A DNA stretch of 64,000 nucleotides from Acutalibacteraceae bacterium (GCA_036310925.1 JAXJQX010000017.1:216-64215); one strand, 5' to 3'; shown: positions 1-8,307, numbered from the stretch's first letter. Notes: a model not told the origin generated them from the letters alone. Numbers and translations: made by a program.

Positions 1-51
1 ATGGTGCACCATTTTTAAAGCACTATGGTGATAAGGTTGCTGTCGAAATTC

Positions 52-127
52 GGCCCGTTGGTCAAGTGGCCTAAGACTCCGGCCTCTCACGCCGGCAACA
101 CGAGTTCGAATCTCGTACGGGTCACCA
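52..127 (+). tRNA. tRNA-Glu (anticodon CUC), CCA encoded
   Basis: Hand-folded cloverleaf: acceptor GGCCCGT/ACGGGTC, anticodon stem CCGGC/GCCGG with loop CTCTCAC, T-arm ACGAG-TTCGAAT-CTCGT, discriminator A plus CCA. Confidence 0.9.
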
Positions 128-199
128 TTTTAATTGAATATTTTGCGTTAAACAGTGCATACTGTTTAATATAGAGTGCCGAAAGGCACAACAAAGAAG

Positions 200-315
200 T
201 TGGTGTTGATTGCGGCGAGGGTCCACCCGTTCCCATACCGAACACGGAAGTTAAGCTCGCTTGCGCCGAAGATACTTGGCGGGAGGCCGCCCGGGAAAAT
301 AGGTAGATGCCAACA
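200..315 (+). rRNA. rrf: 5S ribosomal RNA
   Basis: Conserved 5S core CCACCCGTTCCCATACCGAACACGGAAGTTAAGC ... GCGCCGAAGATACTTGG ... GGGAAAATAGGT; the 5' TTGGTG and 3' GCCAA ends pair; ~116 nt. End positions are approximate. Confidence 0.88.
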
Positions 316-320
316 TTTTT

Positions 321-396
321 GCCCTAATAGCTCAGTCGGTAGAGCATGCGGCTGTTAACCGCAGTGTCACAGGTTCGAGTCCTGTTTGGGGCGCCA
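321..396 (+). tRNA. tRNA-Asn (anticodon GUU), CCA encoded
   Basis: Acceptor GCCCTAA/TTGGGGC, D-arm GCTC-AGTCGGTA-GAGC, anticodon loop CTGTTAA, T-arm ACAGG-TTCGAGT-CCTGT, then G plus CCA. Confidence 0.92.
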
Positions 397-402
397 AAAA
401 AT

Positions 403-435
403 AAAGGAACTGTTTCGACAGTTCCTTTATTTTTA
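403..435 (+). terminator. Rho-independent terminator of the tRNA/5S cluster
   Basis: Perfect 11-bp stem AAAGGAACTGT / ACAGTTCCTTT with loop TTCG, followed by ATTTTTAT. Confidence 0.85.
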
Positions 436-603
436 TCCAATCCGAAGGATTGGTATGATAGTTTTCTTTTGCTGAAATCGCCCTTTTTCAGTGGTTTCTA
501 ACCGTCCCCCGTCCCATTTGTGACCGTCGCGCATAGGATAGAGCGGTTCAAACGGAATCCGGCCCGTCCCCTTGGATCCTAATCAATATTAAGAGAACCG
601 AGA

Positions 604-1566
604 TTATATATTTTCATTTTCCGTCACAACTTTAAAGAAGTCTATCACGCCGCCAATGCCTGAAGATTTATCGTTCTTTTCGCCAAGCACGGTAATTTCA
701 AGACTGTGTTCTTTTTTATCTAATCCGAAATTTGAATAAAGGCACAAGCTGTCAAATGTGTTTTCCGAATAAGTATCGATTACTTTTTCAAGCGTACCAT
801 CAATATATACCGCAAATTTTCCGTTCACAGGAGAAATTCCTCCGTGTATACTGATTCCGGTTCCGTCAAAAGTTACGGATAAGGAAGACTGCTCCTCTCT
901 GCTTTCAAGTGCAGAGCCGTTATGAAAATAAGAATGAGGTTTATATATATTCCAAGTTCCTGTCTTAACGGAGTCGGAGGTGTCGATTCCATAGGTTTTA
1001 GTTTTACTCGGATTGTTTTTCTTGGGTTCAAGCAGATAACCTTCAAGCAAATCAGCTATCTGTTCGGGACTCATTTTTTCAACAAGATATGCACGTGCCC
1101 CGTCCTTCTCATTTTCCGTAAAATAATTATATCCGTCAACGATTTTCACATCTCCGCGTTTTGCCGTCCAATAATCGCCGAGTCCCTCTACTGCATACAG
1201 CGCAGAAGTTAAATCCCAACTGCACATTTGCGGGTGATAACCTCCGCGAAGGGGGCTGTCCTCCTCGGTTTCGTTAAGTCGGTTTCCCGTTCTGATTTTT
1301 TCGCCGATTTCGAATCCCGAGAACATTATCGGGGTTGGCCAATTATCGATAACATACTGCGCAGCAGGAGCATCCATTTCAACGTTAAATTCCTTTCCTT
1401 CGGGAAATTTACCGGCCATACTCGACACTAATTTCACCTTTTTGGCAACAAGCTCCACACCTGATAAAGGACTGTGCCTATCGGGCTTGGATTTAAGCAA
1501 ATCGCAAAGATTGCTTAACATACCTGTTGCAAGAATTGTCACGCTGTTATCAGGCTGAGCTGACAA
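604..1566 (-). pseudogene. 5'-truncated nucleoside-hydrolase-like (IUNH-fold) gene with an extra C-terminal beta-sandwich-like domain
   Basis: Aligns by eye to the middle and C-terminal part of the intact paralog at 50412-51293 (SVTILATGMLSNL.. vs SIEIIEIGYLQVI..). It lacks the N-terminal DxDxxxDD site, has only a TTG start, and has an in-frame stop 8 codons upstream. Confidence 0.7.
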
Positions 1567-1605
1567 AACCGCTTGAAATAAGGCTTTTTAGCACATGAGC
1601 CAAGC

Positions 1606-1750
1606 GGACGGTTCTATCGTCTCTTTATTGTTAACACTTTACGATTGATGTGTTATAGCAAATTAGGGTGGTTATTATGCTAAGGCAAGCTCGTGGAAAA
1701 AGCGAAATGGGAGCCAAGAGAACCGTCCCCTCGTCTCCCCTCGTCTCCTG
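1606..1750. repeat. Member of the GGACGGTTCT-core repeat family, present as an inverted pair
   Basis: GCGGACGGTTCTATCGTCTC at 1606-1625 and GAGAACCGTCCCCTCGTCTCCCCTCGTCTCC at 1718-1748. The 10-mer cores are reverse complements, both are preceded by GAGCCAAG, and CCTCGTCTCC occurs twice in tandem. Confidence 0.8.
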
Positions 1751-1756
1751 CAATTT

Positions 1757-2470
1757 TCATATGTCTTTCTCCTCTGCCTTTATAACTCCGCTTATATCAT
1801 CTGCAGAGCAAAGATTGTGATAATAAACCTTATTCATTTTATCGCTTGTGCACAGCATAAAGGATTGCTTTGAGTGCGCTAACATTTTAAGTCTTACCGA
1901 ATTTTCGGGCTGCGAAATATCGGTCAGCCTGCCGTCTTCGGATATACCTCTGCAAGCAAAAAAGCAAAAGTCCGCGTTGTAGTGTTCAATAGTCCTGTGG
2001 GCTTCCTCGCCCACAAAGGCAAGGCAGGAATTTATAACCTCGCCGCCCGTGCCTATGCAGCTAATATTATTTTCGCTTAAAGCCGTGAGCGCCTTAATTC
2101 CGTTTGTTATAACAATAATATCTCTTTTTTCGGCTAAAAACGGAATCATAAAATAGGCGCTGGTTGAAGCATCAAGAAAAATTACGCTTTCATCGGTTAT
2201 CAGCTCTGCCGCCATTCGCGCGATTTTAATTTTTTCGTCGCTTTTTTCAAGCTCTCTTATTAAAAACGGAATTTTAATTTCATTAAGCGCGTTTTCGTTA
2301 AGCACCGCGCCGCCGTGAGTGCGTCGCAGCAGCCTTTGCTTTTCAAGACTGCATAAATCGCGCCTGATGGACGGCTCGCTTGAATAGAGTCTTTGGGCTA
2401 AATCCTTTACCGTGACCGATTTTTCCTTAATTGCAATCTCAAGTATTCTTTTTTCTCTTTCTTTGTTCAT
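1757..2470 (-). CDS. DeoR/GlpR-family transcriptional regulator
   Basis: N-terminal wHTH (SVTVKDLAQRLYSSEPSIRRDL) plus a DeoR C-terminal sugar-binding domain. Start moved to the ATG preceded by GGAG (MNKEREK). Confidence 0.88.
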   Translation of the reverse strand: MNKEREKRILEIAIKEKSVTVKDLAQRLYSSEPSIRRDLCSLEKQRLLRRTHGGAVLNENALNEIKIPFLIRELEKSDEKIKIARMAAELITDESVIFLDASTSAYFMIPFLAEKRDIIVITNGIKALTALSENNISCIGTGGEVINSCLAFVGEEAHRTIEHYNADFCFFACRGISEDGRLTDISQPENSVRLKMLAHSKQSFMLCTSDKMNKVYYHNLCSADDISGVIKAEEKDI

Positions 2471-2595
2471 ATGCAGCTCCAAATGCTCAATATTTTGAGC
2501 GTTTTATCATTTTTTGCGGCGGCTATTGATTATTTGATTTTATAAGTATATTATATTGATATAATTTCATTTGTCAATAAAAAGAGGTATCAGTT

Positions 2596-4161
2596 ATGAA
2601 ATTTCAGGCGCACAGAGGGGTAGGAACTGAATTCCCCGAAAATACTATGCCGGCATTTATTGCCGCCGCCGCGCAGGGGTATGATTATATAGAGCTTGAC
2701 CCCGCCTTTACGGCAGACGGAAAATGTGTGATTATGCACGATAAAAGTATTAACCGAACCTGCCGAGATAAAAAAGGCACGGCGATAAAAAATGAAATTA
2801 TGATAGCCGATATATCATACGAACAGGCATTACAGTATGACGCGGGTATAGCCAAAGCATATAAATTCAGAGGAACCCAAATACCGCTTTTGGCGGAGGC
2901 TTTGAAATTTGCAAAAAACACCGGATTAACAGTGAAGCTTGACAATACAATTCAGTGTTTTTCCGATATTCAAACCGATATATTTTTTGATACGGTTGAA
3001 AAATCAGGCGCGCACGTCGGCTTTACAAGCACGGATACGGAATATATTAAAAAAGTTGTTGCACGTTTTCCGAATGTAGAAATTCATTACGACGGTTACG
3101 TAGATGAGAACAAGCTTATCGAATTACGGGAAATTTTAAAGGATAACGAGCTGTATATATGGCTGCCCGTACCGTCGCCTGCTACCGATTGGGTAAATGT
3201 GCCGAGAGCTGACGGCAGCTTATGTAAAACCGTTAAAAAATACGGAAAATTAGGTCTTTGGATAATTTCAGATACCGACTGGCTTGAAACGGCAAAGAAA
3301 TTCGGGGCGGATATTATTGAAACTCCCGGTCAGATAAAACCCGAAAATAAGGGAAACAGTATTTTCGATTGCCACACACATACGCATTTTTCACACGATT
3401 CCGAATGTGATCCGTATGACAGCTTAAAGGCGGCAAAGGAAAAGGAAATTGCGGGGTTTGCGATTACCGACCACTGCGATATTGAATACTGCAAGCTTCA
3501 GGACGTAAAAACACCTATAAAGAGGTCAGCCGATTGCGCGCAAGAAATGGGCGGCAGTGTGCTTGCGGGGGTTGAAATAGGCGAAAGCATATTGCATAAA
3601 AAAGACGCCGAAGAGGTGATTTCGGGCAGCGATTTTGATATTGTGTTAGGCTCGGTTCACGCTGTGAGGTATAGGAATTATACACAGCCGTATTCCGGGA
3701 TAGATTTTTCTTTTCTTTCGCAAAACGAAATAAACGAATATATTTCCGCATATTTTGACGATATGCTTGAAATGATAAAAACGACAGATTTTGACGTGCT
3801 TTCGCACCTTACCTGCCCTTTAAGATACATAAGCGGAAAATACGGGATAGCGGTTGATCTGAAAAAATTTGCCGATAAAACGGATATAATACTGAAAGAG
3901 ATAATAAACCGAGGTCTTGCTCTGGAAATAAATACCTCTTGCCTTGATACAAATTACAACGCCCTTATTCCGGATATACCGATAATAGAGCGGTACAAGG
4001 AACTCGGCGGCTATCTTTTAACCTTGGGGTCGGACGCGCACACATCAGAGCGCATAGCGCACGGCTTTGATTATGCCTTAAGCGAGCTTTCAAGGCTCGG
4101 CTTTAAAAATATTTATTATTACAAAAACCGAAAACCCATACCGCAGGAGATAAAATTATGA
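2596..4161 (+). CDS. Fusion protein: glycerophosphodiester phosphodiesterase (GDPD) domain plus PHP-family (histidinol-phosphatase-like) phosphoesterase domain
   Basis: N-terminus QAHRGVGTEFPENT..YIELD..VIMHD matches GDPD. C-terminus CHTHTHFSHDS..ITDHCD..GSVH..LSHL..LEINTS..GSDAH matches PHP. Good RBS AAGAGG. Confidence 0.85.
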   Translation: MKFQAHRGVGTEFPENTMPAFIAAAAQGYDYIELDPAFTADGKCVIMHDKSINRTCRDKKGTAIKNEIMIADISYEQALQYDAGIAKAYKFRGTQIPLLAEALKFAKNTGLTVKLDNTIQCFSDIQTDIFFDTVEKSGAHVGFTSTDTEYIKKVVARFPNVEIHYDGYVDENKLIELREILKDNELYIWLPVPSPATDWVNVPRADGSLCKTVKKYGKLGLWIISDTDWLETAKKFGADIIETPGQIKPENKGNSIFDCHTHTHFSHDSECDPYDSLKAAKEKEIAGFAITDHCDIEYCKLQDVKTPIKRSADCAQEMGGSVLAGVEIGESILHKKDAEEVISGSDFDIVLGSVHAVRYRNYTQPYSGIDFSFLSQNEINEYISAYFDDMLEMIKTTDFDVLSHLTCPLRYISGKYGIAVDLKKFADKTDIILKEIINRGLALEINTSCLDTNYNALIPDIPIIERYKELGGYLLTLGSDAHTSERIAHGFDYALSELSRLGFKNIYYYKNRKPIPQEIKL

Positions 4162-5084
4162 AATATGATATTACGGCTTTAGGCGAAATACTTATAGATT
4201 TTACGCCGTCGGGGTCGGACGCGGCAGGCGACCTTATTTTTGCGCGAAAGGCGGGCGGCGCACCCGTTAATCTGCTGGCGACCGTTTCAAAATTCGGCGG
4301 GAAAACAGCGTTTATAGGCAAGGTCGGGGACGATATGTTCGGCAGCTTTCTGCGCGAAACGCTTAAAAACGCGGGTGTTTCTGACGAGGGACTTATAACC
4401 GACGAGCTTCACAACACCACCCTTGCTTTTGTGGCGCTTAACAGTGAGGGCGACCGTGACTTCAGCTTTTACCGCAATTTCGGCGCCGATGTCTTTCTTG
4501 AAAAAGAGAATATAAAGGCGGATATTATAAAAAATTCGCGGATATTCCATTTCGGTTCCTTATCGCTCACCTCCGAACCTGCGCGAAGCACAACCGAATA
4601 CGCGCTTGATATTGCAAAAAAGGCGGGCTGTACTATAACCTACGACCCGAATTACAGAGAGCCGCTGTGGGAAGACAAAGCAACCGCAATAAAGATGATG
4701 AAATTACACCTTGATAAGGTGGATATTCTTAAAATTGCAAAGGATGAGCTTTTAATGCTGTTCGGCGGAAGTGAGGAAAGCGCGGTAAAGGCGGTATTTT
4801 CTTACGGAGTTAAAATAATTCTTGTGACCGACGGCGCAAAGGGCGCGGAGCTTTATATGGAAAACGCGCATATAGCTCTGCCTGCAGAAAAGGTAAACAC
4901 TATGGATACCACAGGCGCGGGGGATATATTCTTCGGAACATTTTTAAGCGAATGGATAAATAATAAAAGCACTGCCTACAATATCACGCCCGAAACGGCG
5001 GAAAAATATCTTAAAAAAGCAATTTATGTTGCAGGCAAAAGCACCGAAAAACACGGCGCAATCGCCGCATTAAAGGAGATATGA
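4158..5084 (+). CDS. PfkB-family carbohydrate kinase (fructokinase-like)
   Basis: GEILIDF..GGAPVN N-terminal motif and DTTGAGDIFFG C-terminal PfkB signature. ATGA overlap with the upstream gene. Confidence 0.88.
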   Translation: MKYDITALGEILIDFTPSGSDAAGDLIFARKAGGAPVNLLATVSKFGGKTAFIGKVGDDMFGSFLRETLKNAGVSDEGLITDELHNTTLAFVALNSEGDRDFSFYRNFGADVFLEKENIKADIIKNSRIFHFGSLSLTSEPARSTTEYALDIAKKAGCTITYDPNYREPLWEDKATAIKMMKLHLDKVDILKIAKDELLMLFGGSEESAVKAVFSYGVKIILVTDGAKGAELYMENAHIALPAEKVNTMDTTGAGDIFFGTFLSEWINNKSTAYNITPETAEKYLKKAIYVAGKSTEKHGAIAALKEI

Positions 5085-5088
5085 CAAA

Positions 5089-6108
5089 ATGAAAGCAGCG
5101 GTATTTTACGGAAAAAACGATTTAAGAGTTGAGGAAAGGAATATACCTGAAATCGGCAGAAACGATGTTTTGGTGCGCGTACATGCCTGCGGAATATGCG
5201 GAACGGACGTGCACATATTCTGCGGTGATGAGGGCGCTGCACCCACCCCCGAAAACACGGTTTTGGGTCACGAATTTGCGGGCGAGGTAGTAAAGGTAGG
5301 CACAGATGTAAAGTCGGTTGCTGCGGGCGACAAGGTGTGCGTAGACCCCAATAAGCTTTGCGGCAGCTGTGATTTTTGTCGCAGGGGAATAGGGCATTTC
5401 TGCACCGATATAACAGGTATCGGCACAACGGTAGACGGCGGTTTTGCGGAATACTGCGCCGTACCCGCTTCACAGGTTTATAAGGTGGCGGAAAGCCTTT
5501 CCTTTGAGCAGGCGGCTATGACCGAGCCGGTTTCCTGCTGTCTGCATGGAATAGAGCTTTGTAACATAAAGTGCGGCGATACTGTTACGGTCATAGGCTG
5601 CGGAATGATAGGGCTTATAATGCTGCAACTGGCAAGGCTTTCGGGCGCTGCAAATATTATAGCGATTGAGCCTATAAAGGAAAAGAGGGAACAGGCTTTA
5701 AAGCTTGGTGCGGACATAGCGCTTGACCCTAAAGCAGATAATATTACCGATGCTCTTAAGAAACAGGGCTTAGAGCAGGTGGATGTTGTAATAGAGTGCG
5801 TGGGCAGACCCGAAACAATTGAACAGGCAATAGCCCTTGCAGGCAAGTATTCAACCGTTATGATGTTCGGGCTTACAAAGCCCGACGCCGAGATAAGCGT
5901 AAAGCCGTTTGAAATATTCAAAAAGGAAATAACCTTAAAATCGTCCTACATAAACCCATATACATTTCCTGCGGCAATTAAGCTTATTGAAAGCGGAAAG
6001 CTTGACGTATCATCAATGATTTACAAAACAGAGCCGCTTACAGAATTGCCGAGTATTTTGGCGGACGGCAAACGGCGCGGCGCGGGCAAATATATTATAA
6101 CTATGTGA
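5089..6108 (+). CDS. Zinc-dependent medium-chain dehydrogenase (sorbitol / L-threonine dehydrogenase-like)
   Basis: CGICGTDVH and GHEFAGEV catalytic-Zn motifs, structural-Zn Cys cluster C..CGSCDFC, Rossmann motif GCGMIG. Confidence 0.9.
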   Translation: MKAAVFYGKNDLRVEERNIPEIGRNDVLVRVHACGICGTDVHIFCGDEGAAPTPENTVLGHEFAGEVVKVGTDVKSVAAGDKVCVDPNKLCGSCDFCRRGIGHFCTDITGIGTTVDGGFAEYCAVPASQVYKVAESLSFEQAAMTEPVSCCLHGIELCNIKCGDTVTVIGCGMIGLIMLQLARLSGAANIIAIEPIKEKREQALKLGADIALDPKADNITDALKKQGLEQVDVVIECVGRPETIEQAIALAGKYSTVMMFGLTKPDAEISVKPFEIFKKEITLKSSYINPYTFPAAIKLIESGKLDVSSMIYKTEPLTELPSILADGKRRGAGKYIITM

Positions 6109-6118
6109 GGAATGTTAA

Positions 6119-6793
6119 ATGGAACTTAAGGGTAAAACAATAAATTTTCTCGGCGACAGCATAACCGAGGGCGTAGGCGTTTCGGATATACAAAATAATA
6201 GATACGATAACCGTTTAAAAGCAATGCTTGAATTAAAGAAGGTAAATAACTACGGCATCGGAGGCACCAGAATAGCGCATCAAAGCGTTCCGAGCGAAAA
6301 GCCGCGGTATGATCTGTGCTTTTGCGGCAGAGCATACAATATGGAAAGAAACGCGGATATAATAGTTGTTTACGGCGGCGTTAACGATTATATACATGGC
6401 GACGCATATTTCGGAAAGCTTACGGATAAAACGCCCGCAACGTTTTGCGGCGGAGTGGATTTTCTTATGCGGCTGCTAAAAAGCGAATACGGAGGAGCAA
6501 AAATTGTTTTTATGACGCCCGCGCATATGCAACATAATGACCTTTATGACACTAAGGCGTCCGAAAGACCGATGAAGAAATCCGACGCAAAGCCGTTATA
6601 TGAGTATGTGAAGGTAATAATCGAAAAAGGAAAGGAATATGATATTCCGGTTTTGAATTTATATGATAACCTTGGTATAGACCCGAACGACGAAGCGCAA
6701 AAAAGCGAATATACGGCGGACGGACTTCATTTTAACGATAAGGGACACGGCGTGTTGGCTTTGCGGCTGGCAGAATTTTTGAAAGCATTATAA
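6119..6793 (+). CDS. SGNH/GDSL-family hydrolase
   Basis: Block I GDSITEG, block II GGTR, block III GGVNDY, block V DGLHFNDKGH. Confidence 0.88.
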   Translation: MELKGKTINFLGDSITEGVGVSDIQNNRYDNRLKAMLELKKVNNYGIGGTRIAHQSVPSEKPRYDLCFCGRAYNMERNADIIVVYGGVNDYIHGDAYFGKLTDKTPATFCGGVDFLMRLLKSEYGGAKIVFMTPAHMQHNDLYDTKASERPMKKSDAKPLYEYVKVIIEKGKEYDIPVLNLYDNLGIDPNDEAQKSEYTADGLHFNDKGHGVLALRLAEFLKAL

Positions 6794-6800
6794 TCTTAGT

Positions 6801-7457
6801 GTGGTGGAAGGATTGAATATTGTTGAAGTATTGCTGCGTTCATTAGCGGCGGTGGTAATAGGAACTCTTATAGGCAGCGAGCGTATGCGCCACGGCAGAG
6901 CGGCAGGTATGCGAACGCATATTTTAGTCTGCCTCGGCTCTTGTATGACGAGTATGACAAGTATATACGTTGCAAATATGCTTTGCAATAACGGCGATGT
7001 TTTCAGAATACCGGCACAGGTAGTATCGGGCATAGGCTTTTTGGGTGCGGGAATGATAATTCTTAAAAACAATAATGTTATAACCGGGCTTACCACCGCG
7101 GCGGGAGTGTGGGCTACCGCCACAATAGGCGTGGCACTCGGTTACGGCTTTTATACAGGCGCAGTCATTGTAACGCTGTTGTTTCTCGGCACAATAATAC
7201 TGTTTGCAAAATTTGAAAGAAAAAGAAAAAGCGCCGAGGTTATATATATTGAAATAGACGATTTATATAAGGTCAACGCGGTTTTATCAAGGCTGCGCGA
7301 GGTAATCCCCGAAAGCTTTACATACCAGATTTTCGCCCCGAAATCCGAGAAAAACGGGAATATAGGTATGAATATTGTAATAGATAAGCGTATTGATGTT
7401 GACATTTCATCGCTTTGCAATATTGAAAATGTGGCGTATGCAATTGAGGATAATTAA
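6801..7457 (+). CDS. MgtC/SapB-family membrane protein
   Basis: N-terminus LLRSLAAVVIGTLIGSERMRHGRAAGMRTH is typical of MgtC. Hydrophobic N-terminal half plus an ACT-like C-terminal domain. GTG start. Confidence 0.85.
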   Translation: MVEGLNIVEVLLRSLAAVVIGTLIGSERMRHGRAAGMRTHILVCLGSCMTSMTSIYVANMLCNNGDVFRIPAQVVSGIGFLGAGMIILKNNNVITGLTTAAGVWATATIGVALGYGFYTGAVIVTLLFLGTIILFAKFERKRKSAEVIYIEIDDLYKVNAVLSRLREVIPESFTYQIFAPKSEKNGNIGMNIVIDKRIDVDISSLCNIENVAYAIEDN

Positions 7458-7483
7458 ACGGTTATAACGCAATTAAAATTATA

Positions 7484-7545
7484 GGGGAGACGAGGGGACG
7501 GTTCTGTGTCTTGTGCCGTCTGCCTTTGTGCCTTTTTCCCTGTGC
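7484..7545. repeat. Member of the GGGGACGGTTCTGTGTCTT repeat family
   Basis: GGGGAGACGAGGGGACGGTTCTGTGTCTTGTGCCGTCTGCC... shares a 19-nt identical core with 8254-8272 and is the reverse complement of the 1718-1748 copy. Confidence 0.8.
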
Positions 7546-7560
7546 TTCGTTTATAAGGTT

Positions 7561-7602
7561 AAAAAACGGATTATGGCTCCCTTTAACGGGGGAGCCATAA
7601 TC
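7561..7602 (-). terminator. Rho-independent terminator downstream of the XRE gene
   Basis: On the minus strand: GATTATGGCTCCCCCGTTAAAGGGAGCCATAATC followed by CGTTTTTT. Confidence 0.75.
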
Positions 7603-7613
7603 ATACTCTAAAT

Positions 7614-7820
7614 TTATTTATTTGTAATTCCTAAAATGTAATCTGCGGAAACTTTGTAGTATTTGCAAAGTTCAATTATTTTGTGTGCGGGAATTTCGGT
7701 TTCACCGCTTTCCCACCTTCGGTACTGGGTAGTATATGTATTTAAGACTTGTGCTATTTCGGCTTGGGTTTTGTCGTTATCTTCCCGCAAATCACGTATT
7801 CTTCGGTAACAGTATTTCAT
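7614..7820 (-). CDS. XRE-family (Cro/CI-like) helix-turn-helix regulator, 68 aa
   Basis: RIRDLREDNDKTQAEIAQVL..YRRWESGETEIPAHKIIELCKYYKVSADYILG is a canonical HTH_3 sequence. RBS GAGGTG sits 8 nt upstream. Confidence 0.88.
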   Translation of the reverse strand: MKYCYRRIRDLREDNDKTQAEIAQVLNTYTTQYRRWESGETEIPAHKIIELCKYYKVSADYILGITNK

Positions 7821-7854
7821 AAAATAAACACCTCGGTGTTTATTTTACCGCAAA

Positions 7855-7896
7855 ACACAAAAATGTGTTGACAATAACACAAATTTGTGTTATAAA
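7855..7896 (+). promoter_or_regulatory. Operator-like palindromes overlapping a plus-strand sigma-70-type promoter
   Basis: Palindromes ACACAAAAATGTGT (7855-7868) and AACACAAATTTGTGTT (7876-7891). TTGACA (7868-7873), 17-nt spacer, TATAAA (7891-7896). Confidence 0.6.
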
Positions 7897-7931
7897 CATA
7901 TTAAACCAAGCATAACTACGTTTGTTGCCAC

Positions 7932-7965
7932 AAAAAAATACGGTGCATTTCGCACCGTATTTTTT
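7932..7965. terminator. Bidirectional hairpin terminator
   Basis: A-run, then ATACGGTGC-ATTTC-GCACCGTAT, then T-run. It can work on both strands. Confidence 0.7.
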
Positions 7966-8250
7966 ATGCTGTTTTAAGTTTGTTTAAAACCTTTATTATA
8001 GGAACAATAAGCACGCCTAAGCACAAATTGGAAAAACCGTGAACCATATCAAAGGGTAAACCCGCAACTATCCAGGCAACAGTACCCTTGAAATCAAGTC
8101 CGAAAAGCAATGCCTGTGCGGGGGCGTATATTGTGCCGTATAAAAAACCGTGGAGACCGCATACCGCAAGGTAAACAAACGGGGCAATTTTGGGGTTCAA
8201 ATTTTTCGGAATTAGCATTACCGCACCCCAAAGCGCCGCCCAAATAAAAG
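7964..8250 (-). pseudogene. 3' fragment of an ECF S-component gene, duplicated from the gene at 12059-12565
   Basis: About 287 nt align by eye at roughly nine bases in ten with 12059-12345, starting exactly at the stop codon. The N-terminal ~75 codons are missing and the frame runs into the repeat at 8251. Confidence 0.85.
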
Positions 8251-8290
8251 ATGGGGGACGGTTCTGTGTCTTTCCCTGTCTTTCCATTCC
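8251..8290. repeat. Member of the GGGGACGGTTCTGTGTCTT repeat family, at the truncation breakpoint
   Basis: TGGGGGACGGTTCTGTGTCTTTCCCTGTCTTTCC begins exactly where homology to 12059-12345 ends. Confidence 0.8.
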
Positions 8291-8307
8291 TGACGGGGCA
8301 ACTTGTT

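Noticed and set aside
1-11. Possible 3' end of another tRNA (..TGGTGCACCA)
   Set aside because: Only 11 nt are visible. An ending in CCA is suggestive, but no arm can be checked, so it is not called as a feature.
176-358. 60-aa plus-strand ORF
   Set aside because: It lies entirely over the 5S rRNA and the start of tRNA-Asn, so it is an artefact of the RNA genes.
1731-1748. Tandem CCTCGTCTCC x2 as a possible CRISPR or VNTR seed
   Set aside because: There are only two short copies with no spacers. This is part of the dispersed repeat. No CRISPR array exists anywhere in the window.
5024-5921. Minus-strand ORFs of 91-149 aa inside the dehydrogenase gene
   Set aside because: They are antisense to a well-supported CDS, with Arg/Cys-rich composition typical of reverse-frame artefacts.
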